Positions 1 to 12,462 of a stretch of 64,000 bases of DNA are shown here, piece by piece (position 1 is the first letter of the stretch; every line of letters begins with the position of its first letter). The notes below the pieces were generated by a model that saw nothing but the letters and a program-made list of their open reading frames with translations, was not told the DNA's origin and ran no database searches. The DNA is from Balanoglossus misakiensis (lineage: Eukaryota; Animalia; Hemichordata). Made by a program: the position numbers and the translations under genes. The DNA is taken from positions 10,498,461 through 10,562,460 of the forward strand of contig CM082596.2 of assembly GCA_040954595.2 (NCBI GenBank). Direction: 5' to 3'.

Positions 1-75
1 TTTGTCACCCCTGGGTACTCTGTGGTTTTTACCGCAGTGCGTCCACGTCCAGCAGAAGGACAACATCTCTACAGT

Positions 76-927
76 ATGCCTCGCCGAAGAAAAGCTTCAA
101 GCACCACCACGAAACCGGTGCCGACCTTGCGAGACTACGAAATCGACGAGGAACAGCGGAGGGTGTGCACTGGTTGCCATCGGAAATTCCAGCACACCTA
201 CGAAGTCTATCAACATGTATGCACGGCCGACAACTTAATACGCCAGCGAGGCATGAAACTAAAGAAAACGGCGGGTGATAAAAAGTCCCCTGTATCGACG
301 CTCCGTGAAGACAGGGACACATTGAAGCCGGCGGAGGATGCCATGAAGCAGGTGGGCGATGCCGAGGAGCGTCAACGGGCTGGCGACGGAAACAGCACTG
401 CAGACGTGGGTATAACGTCTCCTTGCTGTTTAGAAGATGAAATCGGGATGGAGGGGGTCGATCCGTTGGCCGATCTGTATTCGACAGATTGCCCCCTGTT
501 CACTGGCGAAAAAGTGGACGCCACAGGTGAATCGCACCTGCGGAAGGAATGGAGACTCATTCCACTAGAGGGTCAGCGCCGATACGACCCACGGTTGACA
601 GGCCATGGCCGAATTGGTGGGCTCGTGCGGTTCCCGTCAGGGTCTCTTCTGACCCTGTCGGCCGAGGTCGTCGATCGAGTGGTAGAAACCTACTCCACTC
701 GTTGGTTCAACGGAGACCAGCCGACGACCGAGGTGGTCACCCAGCGAGTTTACTACATGCGTGGAAACGAGTTCATCAACGGAGAGGTCGTGCCTGACCA
801 AGGGAGAAAGAGACCATGTCCAACAAGAGCAAGAGCAGACCCGACTGAAGGCGCCCCAGGAAAACCAGCAGAAGTGAATTTGAAGACTGCCAAAAGAAAA
901 TTAGACTTTGACGGTATAGTTTATTGA
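76..927 (+). CDS. Accessory ORF in the 3' region of an LTR retrotransposon; basic N-terminus and C2HC zinc-finger-like motif, function unknown
   Basis: ORF track 22..927, first ATG at 76 (MPRRRKAS). Motif CTGC-x12-H-x-C. GC-richer than the flanks. No RT/RNase H/integrase motifs. Ends ~230 bp before a PPT and LTR. Confidence 0.55.
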   Translation: MPRRRKASSTTTKPVPTLRDYEIDEEQRRVCTGCHRKFQHTYEVYQHVCTADNLIRQRGMKLKKTAGDKKSPVSTLREDRDTLKPAEDAMKQVGDAEERQRAGDGNSTADVGITSPCCLEDEIGMEGVDPLADLYSTDCPLFTGEKVDATGESHLRKEWRLIPLEGQRRYDPRLTGHGRIGGLVRFPSGSLLTLSAEVVDRVVETYSTRWFNGDQPTTEVVTQRVYYMRGNEFINGEVVPDQGRKRPCPTRARADPTEGAPGKPAEVNLKTAKRKLDFDGIVY

Positions 928-1160
928 ACTTTGAACACAGAACAGAAACGATCACGGTGTGAATGTATTTCATGTTGGACTTAGTTTTTGGATATTGCAA
1001 GAAAACGCGAACATTCGTTAGAAACGGACTTTTGGCATTTTGTGTGTGAAGTTATTGTAGTTTTGTATTTTCCTGTAACGCTACATTAAGATTTTTGATA
1101 TTCTGAAATTTTGAAATACTTTGACTTTGGATGGAACTTCAAAGTCCTAGTGGGGGGCTA

Positions 1161-1701
1161 TGTGACGGAACGGTCGGTCACCATGGTGATATAACTTTTG
1201 ATTGACAGGGCCGTCTACCTCCACGTGGTAGACGTACATCTCTTTGATATACCCAGCATTTGTAGGTCGAACACATTATATTCGAAATAGGTCTCGACAT
1301 GCGACATTACGTCATGTTCTAGACGACAAGGACCCACATTTCGTGTCAGCTATTATTATTTTAATTACTACCAGAAACGGCGCGAAATATGCAAATCAAA
1401 AGTTGGTAGTTAGCCTAGTTTTGAGGGTTTTCAGTCAGAGTGGACCAAGACTTCGTTAGAGACAGACCGTGTGGTAAGCAGCCCTTTTGATGTGCGCTTA
1501 TACGATATCTTTGTAATAAAGTTGAACTGTTTTAGTTCTAAAAGTATTTCGTTGTATCGAGGTTGATGTTCTTGTGGACTGTGGGTCGTCAAGCCCACGG
1601 ATAGTACCACTCTCTCTCATAGTGCGACGCGAACCCAATTATTCGTTAATTTGAGAGAAAAACATAGCAGTTCTCCGATCCAGTGAGGAGTGACTGTTAC
1701 A
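1161..1701 (+). mobile_element. 3' LTR of an LTR retrotransposon (probably Gypsy) whose body extends left of the window
   Basis: Purine-rich tract (AGTGGGGGG) just upstream. Starts TGTGAC and ends GTTACA (TG..CA, imperfect terminal inverted repeat). AATAAA at ~1515. The partner LTR is not in the window. Confidence 0.65.
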
Positions 1702-1854
1702 CATAGTACTGAAAATGTATAGATTTGCCAGGAAAAAATCCACTACCAAACATAAACCAATATATGACAAACTGTTGCAGTTTTTCTGCACTAGAGGTAC
1801 TAATTCTATGCCCCTGATACTCTCATAGGGTAATATGTCCATGCCCCCAAATTT

Positions 1855-2245
1855 GTGAGGGGTGCTATTTATCTGCCCTGAAATTTGCTACGGTACTAAT
1901 TCTCTGCCCTGGAAGTTGTGGGGTACTAATTCTCTGCTCTGAAAGTTGTGGGGGTACTAGTTCTCTGCCCTGAAAGTTGTAGGGGTACTAATTCTCTGCC
2001 CTGAAATTTGTGGGGGTACTAATTCTCTGCCCTGAAAGTTGTGGGGGTACTAATTCTCTGCCCTGAAATTTGTAGGGGTACTAATTCTCTTTCCTGAAAT
2101 TTGTGGGGGTACTAATTCTCTGCCCTGAAAGTTGTGGGGGTACTAATTCTCTGCCCTGAAAGTTGTGGGGTACTAATTCTCTGCCCTGAAAGTTGTAGGG
2201 GTACTAATTCTCTGCCCTGAAGTTTGCGAAGGGTGCTATTTCTTT
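1855..2245. repeat. Minisatellite, 30-31 bp unit (GGGGTACTAATTCTCTGCCCTGAAAGTTGT), ~12-13 copies
   Basis: Direct tandem repeats visible in the sequence, degenerating at both edges. Confidence 0.95.
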
Positions 2246-5200
2246 GCCATGGATTGATGGCATTAAAATATGACAATGTACATTAATTTTCTCCTGTTCA
2301 ACTTGTGTGTATGCTGAATTACAAAGTCAACTTCAAATTGGAAGGATTGTAATGACCGCTGTTATTGCTGGCAAATTGGTTTTAGTACAGACTTTCATTC
2401 AATTTCCAACAATAATTATGCAGAATTAAGGGAATTAAGTTGGATTGTAAATGTCAGAGGTTTTTCCTTCATCTACACATCAGCCATTTTGCGTCCTTTA
2501 GTCAGGCGGCATGTGCGCTGAAGAATCTGACAACAGTGACATTATCTTGGCAAATAAAAGTGTGAAACCTAACACTTGTGCTTGTCTATGTACTTTCGTT
2601 TTATTTCTTTTCCTTCAAAAACTGCAGACCCTGCTGATGCAGTGTACTGACAAGCTGTAATATCAAGGAAAATGACAAGTTTCGCATGTAATCAATGGCA
2701 TGTAACTAAGCAATGTACTAAGCTCATCAACGGTCCAAGCGGCACACATACGCACTGAAATTTGATCAAAGAAAGGTGTCAGACACAATTTTGTAAATGA
2801 ATCAATCATTAACTATATAAATAAAATGCAGCAGTGTAATGCCTGAATGTCAGAACCTCAGGAAATTGTAAGCAATCAACATTATGTCCAAAAGTTTAAC
2901 TTTGAGCAGCAGCCTAATGAAGTGTCTTCCCTTCGACCTGGTACCCTGTCAAATACTATGTTTGTGACTGTAGTCTCTGGTATTTTTTTTGCAAGATACT
3001 TCTTGTCTGTTTTGTTAGTGTTTTCTTCTCTGTTAATTTGAAGTCCCAGAGGATTGCTGCTGCCATATCCTGCTTGTCTTCCCAGGGAACTTTGCGTCTT
3101 CCTTTACTTATATAGCTGGGTTTCCAAGCAGAGTTCCAAGTCCCATTATGCCAGTGGATAGTAAAGGATGTCTCATCTCTGTCAACAACCTTACCGATAT
3201 GCGGTACCTCCTCTGATGCTGGGCAAAAAACGGCCACAAACATTCCCACATCTAGTGTTGAGTAGTCCTCTACAATCTCAGCTTCAGCAGCTCTGTTCCC
3301 TTGATTGCCGATAATTACCTGGGGAAATCAAAATGTGTCAAGTTACTTGTCTTAATCTGGGACTTAATTTACAGTTGGAATGAGACCAGTGATTCACTTT
3401 CAGTTTGTTACTAGTGATGTCAAAAGGCCCTTATCATTGGCATAAGACATTTTTGTAAGAAAACCACAATGCAATCACTGCACTGAATGGGTGAAAGAAT
3501 GTAGTTGACTCTAGATTTTATGGCCACGCCAACATATACTTCCAATTGCACACCAATATTAATTAATTTTTGCTAATTGGTGTAGCATACATGTATAATT
3601 ATGGCACAACAATCCTAGGTGACCCCCCCCCCCCCCCCAGGTGTAGCAGCAGATCATTGTACCAGTATAATTTTGAGTCAAAGATTTGTTTCAACATGTT
3701 TCTAAAATATTGGTTTCTATCCCAAAGTGCAGGTTCTTCTTATACTTAGGTTTTGTGAATGATTTGCAAATAAAGATAAAGATGGTACTCGTTCTCAGTT
3801 GAAATCTAGGCAAATGTTGTACAATAACACAATCCACTGAAAACAATCAGAGACCCATGTTTTTCTCCCAAGTTTCCTTCTTAGATGGTAACATTAGTCC
3901 CTGGGAGTGTAATTACATGTACATGTAGGCAAAAACTAATTGAGAACAGTTGGGAATTTTGGTGGTCAGACTTACAGGAGGACACACAGATTCCATCCAG
4001 TCCTGTATTCTTAGAACATTCTCAGGAATATCACCAGCAGTTGTAACTCTTGCACTCTGTTGCCTCCTTGCAGCTTCAACTAATTGTTGCATAGGCCACT
4101 CATCAGCTTGTTCAGTCACCTGTACAATATCCAAACAATAGCGAGTGATGAGTATTTTAACTTACAAATTATTGTGAAGGACAATCATCAAAAAATCAAT
4201 AATTTGGATTAATCATCAAAAAACATAAAAACATCCAAAACTGTAATCTGTTATGTTTTGAGAGCATTGTGTTCTTATGTCACTGTTCAAGAAATTACTA
4301 CTTCTGCACTTCTGCCTCCTTATACAATTTAACATAATTCACACATTTTCTTCAGATTGTCACATTAAAACCTTTTACTGGGTAATTAAAGCCAGACCGT
4401 GGGTTTGTAAGGTTTACAGCATTGTGGTGCAATGCAAAATATAACCTGAATATAAGTTTATGAGTTGGAAAGAGACCGATCCAGAAAAAGCATCAAAAGC
4501 ATGAAGATTGAACACGGGAGTAATTTTGATATCTTTTACTTCACAGACTCACGAATACCAATTATATACTATTGAACACAGTGTGGACTGATTGAACCAG
4601 TCAAAGTGATCCACTTCTGCTACCAGTATTCAAAATATTGGCTTAATGACAAAAATAAGTAGATAATGACATAGTTGTAAGTCCATCTCACCTGTCCATA
4701 CTGTGCAATGTTACTCATTAATTCTCGTAAATGTTCAACGGTTTGCTGTGGCATGTAGTCAACATATTTGTTTGGTATATCATGGGTTAATTTCTGTAGA
4801 TCAAGTTTCAGGAGTGAGGGTTCAACCATTTCCGGAACATCATTGAAATCTGGCACAGTCTGTGGAAATAGAGAATTTGAAGAACAGTAGCATCAAGACT
4901 TGCTGTGATCTGTAATTGTAACCGTGCCTTCATCAACCCATAGCATACACAGTGCTAGCAACATTGGCACCTTCAATATAACTAGGTCACATAAGGTTTA
5001 AATATCAATAGACCATGCCCCTGAATTGGCTTGCAGGCTACTGTGAAAAAAGCTTCCTTATGATATTTGTTATAGAAGCCATGTGGCTGTGATTTCAAAC
5101 ACACTAACTTAATCCATGATATGTGAATAAGCATGAGGGAAACCCTCTGCACAAACTCTGTTGGTAGACAGTGATTAACATAACAATGAAAAATTGTGGT

Positions 5201-6188
5201 TGACATTTGCCTGCTTATAAACAACAAACATCTTTCTATACATTTTCGGTCAGTGTGTTGACTAAGACGTTCACACCTTCGCTTATAATGCCCTAACCAT
5301 GCCCTAACCAGCAGATTTCCACATTTGGGGGATTACTATCTACAACGTTTGTGCAGGCCTAGTTTGGCATGCGATTCTTATTTTAGAAGGCAAACTACCG
5401 AAAGTTGTGCACATTGGACACATGTGGAAACTAATACTATCTCTAATAGTATTATTTATAATTCAAACTAAACTTTGCAATTTAAAATAAGTTAGCATAA
5501 TGCCATTGATGGCACTATGTTGAAATCCATTTTAATGTGAAACAACTTACCTCAAGGCATACAAGTCCTTGTGCAGGTTCACCATCACCTTCATACATTG
5601 GTTGCCATGCATCTGTCGACCATAATCGGTAGTGCATTCTGGCTCTTCCATTGACCTTTCGAAATCGAAAATTGTGCGGCTTAGAATGCCCTCCAAACCT
5701 GCCTGCCATATAAGGTTGAAGCCACTCTTTCACATTGAACATGTACTTTACTTCCTGTACCTTGATTGCTGGAGTGTAACTTTCATGCACATTGTGCATT
5801 AATTCTGAAAGGATAAAGTCACAAATAACAGTCCACAATATTAATATTACTGACTGTACATACACTTTGGATATATAATGAATGCATTTCAGTAACTCAC
5901 AATGCCTTTTCTGAGATTGATATGAAAACTAATAAATTTGTAGATCTATAAAACATGTTAATTGGGATGTGCAGTTCCACTCCAAAAAATAAATTGTTTA
6001 AAGCCCCTATATCTGTCAGAGTTGCATTTTAGCATCAAATTTTGGTAAGACGTTCATATATACATATCGGTAAGCTTATTGATATGAATTAATGCAAGTT
6101 TGGAAGAAAAATCATGAAAAGAGGCGCCATTTGGCAGCTATACGGCTGGAGGCTTTAATTACTTAGTTAAGCCATAACCCCCGCCGCA

Positions 6189-6291
6189 GGCGGGTATATG
6201 CGAGATTTGGGTACAATTCAAGACATATTGCACGAGCCAACAGGCGAGTGCTATATGGAGCGAATTGTACCCAAATCGAGTGTATACCCGC
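6189..6291. repeat. Imperfect hairpin (~30 bp arms) in an intron; probable small non-autonomous element remnant
   Basis: GGCGGGTATATGCGAGATTTGGGTACAATTC ... GAATTGTACCCAAATCGAGTGTATACCCGCC. Confidence 0.5.
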
Positions 6292-7830
6292 CAGGTGACT
6301 AAGAATGATTTTTTGCCAAAAATAATCCTAAATTCAATACCTTGTAAAGTGAAAGAATTTGTTCTCTTCAGAGCTGTGGACACTCTGCTGAACATCTGGT
6401 CAATATCTACAATGCAAAAAGGGTACATTAAGATAAGTGATAAGTGTACAAAATATTAACAGAGTAGACCTTGAAGTGTGAAATGTTTGTTAAACTTAGA
6501 CAAAAAAGTCTTCAAAAATTCATTATATTAATCAAAAGGCCTGATTTCTTTCCTTTGTAATACAAGTTTACTGTTTTAGAGAACATTATTTGATTCCTAG
6601 TATGAACATTTTAAGCTGACAATAAAAATATTTTGTCATACCATTTATTGCCCCCATCTTGAGGCAGTTGGAATATATTTTTCATTTCAGATAATTGTCT
6701 TTTGCATCTACAAACATCAATTAAACTACACAGTAGGATCGGCAGTGACCAAAATGTGTAAAGAACTTACCCTCATGGGTATGTCCTACTGGCAGAAAGT
6801 TCAGCACAACCTGAAAGTTACAGAAAATACTGTTTCAATCTTCATGTGAGATACTGGATATTGACAAAGTAGTGACCATTTTTTCAACTACAATAATAGG
6901 CCACTTTCATGGCCTTAGTCAAGATGGCAGACAACCACCCCAATGTCAGCATCCAGAAGTAATCTACAGAGGTCATTCTGGGGTCATGAAAGGGGACTTT
7001 TACTGCAAGAATGTAGCAATAAATACTGTTTCTCCTTGTTTCAACTGTTTCTCCTTGTTTCAACATATTAAAGCTGCGATAATGATACTGTACTCCAATT
7101 TCAAATCATCATGATTCACATTGTTTAGTATCCAAATGATTCTGAGAGAACTATTTGTTCAATATCAAGAAAACACTTCAAAAATGCATAAAATCTATGA
7201 AAGTGCCATTTCTGAACCTATGGCAAATCTATTGCAAGTTATGATACATCAGTGCTCTTTCAGAGGAAACAAATTTTCAAGCAGTAATGAATCCACCCAT
7301 CAAAGTTGAAACAAGGTGGGATTCTTTCAATGTTTAGCTAATCATTATATATATACATATACACATGCCAGGCGACATATGATCATGTGGGCTGCTGGTG
7401 TGTATATAGTACCATGACTAATAGGATGTGACGAGTTGAAATATAAAAAAGAATGAGTTAAATCATCATACCTCTTCGAAGACATCATAGTCTACCAACA
7501 GAGATGAAAAAGAAAGGAGATATCTGTTCTTATTTTCTCTGTAGCAGTTGTCCAGCTGGAGGTGAAGCTGCCGTGAAAGTCTGTCAATGTTGTCCACCAA
7601 ATTCCACATAATGTTGTTTATTGTCATGTTGGAATCATGAGGAAAATTGTGAACATCCAGCCGCATAACAGCAAGCTTTCCTTCAGGAACATTAGTATGG
7701 ATTAGACTTCCTGCGAAAAAATCACATTTTTCAATCAATGATTTAAATATTATACTGAAATTATGGTATGATCAATTCTCACCTTACGCAATTGCACATG
7801 TGCACAAGGTGTTTTCTGCCTTAGTGTGTC

Positions 7831-8003
7831 CACAGGTGCTTGTGGACTTGTGCTGTCACAGGGGAGGTCTGTTTTAGACGCTACAAGAGCGAATTGGGGG
7901 ATCTGCTAGGAGCGGAAGTCGCTCCTAGCAGATCCCCCCATTCGCTCTCGTAGCGTCTAAAACAGAACTCCCCTGTGACAGCACAAGTCCATGAGCACCT
8001 GTG
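7831..8003. mobile_element. Fold-back MITE (~173 bp, almost entirely palindromic) in an intron
   Basis: CACAGGTGCT...AGCACCTGTG with ~83-bp arms around a short loop near 7915. GTC flanks both ends (possible 3-bp TSD). CAC termini suggest the CACTA/Chapaev (CMC) group. Confidence 0.8.
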
Positions 8004-9634
8004 GTCTGTCCACCCATACATGTAATTACTTCATCTGCTACTGGATTGGTGTCAGATTGTGGTTCCTGGACATTTATCATCTGGACCATTCTCATCTATT
8101 TACTAATTGTCTGGATAGACAGATGTCAAGTGAGTTACATAAAGAGTTACCATTGTATTAGTGTGCCTTATATTAAAATGGAATACCTGTTGCATGCATT
8201 GCACTTTCCCGAGGTTTTCAGTGTGCTTTTTCTCTCGTACCAGCCTTGGAAAATATGTCTTTTTTTGGTCCATCCCATCAATAATGATAACCAATAGATC
8301 ATCATGGTTGTCGCACTGCTTTTTCTCGGGCATTGTGATAAACCGCCCTTTCTGTTCTGAAAAGGAAAGTAATAATATTATCTATATTAATATAATAATA
8401 CATACATATTATAATAGAAACTGTATAATACTAATATGTGCACTATAAATATTGTCACAGTGTGTTCTACTTTGCACATTTTGCTAAGACTTGCCAACTT
8501 TGATAGGAAAAAAAAGTTTAAAATCACTTAAGTTTTCCTGTCTCAGTGATGAAGTACAATCTATGGGTTTCAAAATTTACTGTAAAACGTTACTCTGTCT
8601 AAAAAAACATGAATTGTAGGCATTGTGCCCATTCTATGATACCTGATTCAGAAGAAAATCATACATAATACAGCAACTGTACAAAAAGATACATATGTAT
8701 AATGATGCAACTTACTCAACCCTTGTTTCATGAATTTCACGAACTTTGAGCAGATTTTCCCGTTCAACATCCGTGGAGGCCGAGGATATTGTATTTCTAA
8801 TCTGGGTACAGTCATCACATTCAGCAAAGTCGGACGACTGTAAAATAAAGACACACACTTCACTTTACTAAATTCTAATACTTGTTGGCACTGATATATT
8901 ATGCAACAAACACATTCAACTTATTTTTATCTGTGCAGACAACATTGTTGAAAATCTCACTAAAAATCACTTAAAAACAATAATTGTAAGTAGTAGTGCT
9001 TTTTTAGGGGAACTACTGTAGTGTGTTGGTTATCTCATAAATCCTGAGGGAATAGAGCTGGAAACTGTAATTTTACTAGAACACACACATAAATACAGAA
9101 AGGAAGTTATTCTCACTGCATTTCATTATTGACTGACTAACCTCCAGTCCTTGAATACGATGTTCAATGTAAAAAATACTATGACACTTTCATGCCAGGA
9201 ATCATGTTAATAATACACAAATTTTTTATAACTTGTAAGTGTGAAAAGAATGGAAACTTACCTTCCCAGTACGAAATTCAGGCAAGTGCTTCTTCCAAAA
9301 GTAGCCATATGATATATGTGAGTAGAATGTTGTTCCCATCAGGTGTGTCTTCATAAGTTCCCAAAGATCATACTTCTTCATGAATGTAGGAAGGCGTACT
9401 ATGTTCTTATGTGGCATGAATTCACCTATCCTTTCAAAGTGAAAACGCATCCATGATATTGCTCTAGATGTCTTCTCCTGCATTCTCTTTTTCCCTCGGT
9501 TTCCATGTGATATGTGGGTGACACCAAGTTTTACTTGATTTGCATACTTTGTAAATCTGCGGTGAGTTATGTCATGCACGTTGCACCATGCAACCTCACA
9601 TACACATCTTCCACGAATAACTAGATTCATAATT

Positions 9635-9712
9635 AGGGTTTCGAGACCAGAGGGGTCTCTAAACCCTCTTGAAATCGTCTTGTTTTTTATTATTATTATT
9701 ATTATTATTATT
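9635..9712 (-). other. Helentron 3'-terminal stem-loop and adjacent (TTA)n microsatellite
   Basis: AGGGTTTCGAGACC (9635-9648), loop AGAGG, GGTCTCTAAACCCT (9654-9667): a 14-bp stem with one mismatch, next to AATT. (TTA)~8 at 9688-9712. Typical Helentron/HINE end architecture. Confidence 0.75.
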
Positions 9713-10064
9713 CCCACTCTTAAAAACAGCCGCTATTCGAAGACCGTTGTACCCAATGACTTGAAATTTGGCTCATAGGTAAAACTCAAAGCAAGTAATT
9801 TTCTGATCATGTCACTATGGCAACAGGTCACATGACCTGGCAGCCATCTTGGATTTAAACTTTTAAATTGGTCTCATTTGCATACAAAATGAAGAATCCA
9901 AATTCTGTTCAGAAACTTTGTCGACCATATGGCCAGGGTCCTATATGCCAAATTTCAATGTCTAAGTCCTTGCCGATTTTGGGGAGATGATTTTTAAAGC
10001 ATTATTTTTCATATTTTCTATGACCATTGGACCCAGCCATTGGCCTATACTTTCCATGGTTAAG

Positions 10065-10696
10065 TATGGCGGCCCGTGGCTGCCAATGCTAAAATGCATA
10101 AATATATCTATAGTTTGTGTGTTTTTGTTTGTGTTTTTGTTTGTTTGTGTGTTTTTGTTTGAAAAGAAAATGAAAAGAAATTAAAAACAAAACAAAATAT
10201 AAATATAAATAAAATAAAAACGATATTAAAAACAAAATTGAATAAAAAAAAATTGAAAAGAAAAGAAAACAATAAAATGAAAAGAAAATGAAAAGAAATT
10301 AAAAACAAAACAAAATAAAAATAAAAATAATAATAAAATAAAAACGAAATTAAAAATAAAATTGAATAAAAAAAATTGAAAAGAAAAGAAAACAAAATAA
10401 AATGAAAAGAAAATGAAAAGAAAAGAAAAGAAAAGAAAATGAAAAGAAAATGAAATGAAAAAAAAAAAAATTTAAAAGTGAAATGAAATGAAATTTTTTT
10501 CACCCATGGACTACAGCTGTCATAGTTTACCGGCATGCATTTCGGCCACCATAGACATAGCACGCATGGCAGTGGCAGGTCCAGGCCTGCATATCGCAAA
10601 GATTTTTTTTTCGAATGAAAATTTTTTCACCCATGGACTACAGCTGCCATAGTCCATGGACGAAGGCTGCCGTTAGCCTACAGCTGCCACAGTATC
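10065..10696 (+). repeat. Left TIR of the IS3EU element, with a ~350-bp A-rich low-complexity core
   Basis: Reverse complement of 20939-21453, apart from a ~105-bp extra segment near 10525-10630. Confidence 0.9.
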
Positions 10697-11046
10697 ACGT
10701 GACGACGCTTTGTACAACAACATGAACAAGGTTGGGCCGGCTGGGGGCTGTCATCATCGCCTGTCTCGTAAACTAGCCGAGCTTAGGAAATGCTGGATGA
10801 TGTAACTGCAAAATTTGAGAACATATTGAGGTAGGTGCAGTGGCATAAAATGTTGAGTTTTCGAGTACATCACTCATCATATATTTTTAAAGAAGGTCCT
10901 TTCATTTGCACTTTACATCATAAAATAACGATGATTTTTGGAACATGGCGGATTGCAGCAGTGTTTTCCTGTCATCTGTATCATGTGTATATGCATCGTA
11001 AAATAGTGATATTAAATATTACTTCGCAGCTCACGGATCATATACA

Positions 11047-12462
11047 ATGACTACGGCGTGGACAACGTTTAAGGAGGCAATGAAGGAGAAGAGAGCCGGG
11101 AAAAGGAAGACGAGAAAAGATCGCGGAGACGTACTTGGTTAGTTATATGCGTTGTGTGTGAATACTTTCATCCAATCACCGTGACGCGCCATGGCAGTCA
11201 CACGGGACATAACACGATCAGAACCTGGCAATCGTCCGACCCACACTACTTAAAACCAGTGGCGAGGTTGTTTCTTCTATTTTTACATGTAACTCTATGA
11301 GAAATTAGCACAAATGTACCCAACCACGCCATTTCTAATTTGCTCATTATATATTCATACATGAAAACTTGTCACCAATCACAGTGTAGCCAGAGCCTGT
11401 AAAAGCAGGAATGTAGTGTAATTTAAAATGTAGTGGATCATTTTCAAATTTAAAAGGCTAACTTCAAGAGTGGGCTGATATGTATGTTGTTTGTGTTTTG
11501 CACAATATTTGACTGTGAAGAAAAAAAATAAGTCTTCCTAAAGAGATTCTGTTTTGTGGTTATTTTTGTAAGTTGCTGGGATAAGCTATATATAGCCATA
11601 TAGCTTCTCACAATTTTCTAACAATTGTGCAATAATATTGACAATGCTATATCATTCATTTTTGTCATTTTAGGTGAACAAATTGTTGTCCAGAGGCTGT
11701 CAACAGAAGTGACAGGAAAAGCCCAGAAGTACTCACGGATTGGTCCAAGAGAGTTTGTGCCCTTTAAGGACAGGCAGCTGACATTCAACAACATAAAAAT
11801 TGCATGCGAAAGTTACTTCACAGATATGATAGGAGATACGGTTTATTGTGACATTCTTGCAGGAGAACAAGGGCCATCTTGTTCTGCATTGGATCAAATT
11901 CCTAACTTGAGTCTTATTCACATACGGTTTATACCGCGCCCGCAGGATCTTGACACTGCAAATAGTGATTCTCCAAGTAGCAAGCGAAAACATGCACAAC
12001 TTTCACAGCAATCAACACCTGCACCCAAAACTGTCACGGTGGCAAAGCAGCAATACCCTAAAAGTCTGTCGGTCTTAGACAAGCTAAAACTTGGCAAAGT
12101 CATCAATGGAAAATCTTCAACAGTGATCAGTCTGTTTTCATTTGATATCACACAAATGGCATGGTCATTGATGCCTAAATCAGTGGAGTTTACTATAGAC
12201 AAAGAACCATTTGGTTCTGGTGGGTTTCGTGAAGCATTCAGAGCAGTCAGTCAAACTCCTAAATTTGCTACTTCTGATTGGGTCGTGAAAAAATATCTTA
12301 CTGATGCTTTGTCAACAATAGAGGCCACTAACCAGACTACTGAAGAGCATACCAAAAAAGTTGTACAGATGCACTCCTTAGCCACAAATTTTGCCGAACG
12401 ACTTGTACATCATCTCAAAAAGAAAAATGTTTTGCATCAGTATGGTGAAACACTTAAGTACA
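11047..12462 (+). pseudogene. Alpha-kinase (eEF2K/TRPM6-7-type atypical kinase) gene, N-lobe present, C-terminal half lost by rearrangement
   Basis: Exon 1 11047-11137 (MTTAWTTFKEAMKEKRAGKRK...) splices in phase via GT..AG to exon 2 from 11674. Motifs EFTIDKEPFGSGGFREAFRA, WVVKKY, VQMHSLATNFAERL, LKYN. The frame then runs into an inverted fragment. Confidence 0.75.

Larger units (their letters stand above)
2956..9632 (-). pseudogene. Multi-exon DUF7869-type (Sola-like) DDE transposase-like gene, 5'-truncated by a Helentron insertion and frameshifted
   Basis: Phase-consistent GT-AG exons: ~9632-9262, 8837-8716, 8356-8187, 7710-7472, 6810-6771, 6406-6341, 5804-5551, 4859-4692, 4119-3976, 3318-2956. 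Motifs FAECDDC, IIIDGMDQ, LQLDNCYRENKN, FLPVGHTHEDIDQMFS (split across introns), and a C-terminal GMFVAV..PHIGKV..IHW domain. Confidence 0.75.

Noticed and set aside
5960-6160. Possible Kolobok-like non-autonomous element bounded by TTAA
   Set aside because: Only one plausible terminus; I could not find a convincing matching TIR.
9633-9717. N-terminus MGIIIIII...GFRDPSGLETL of ORF 9226..9717
   Set aside because: It is read-through into the Helentron hairpin and (TTA)n, not part of the interrupted exon.
10108-10599. Phe-rich 'membrane protein' ORFs (also 20978-21295 and 21001-21231)
   Set aside because: Translations of the low-complexity A/T tracts in the TIRs.
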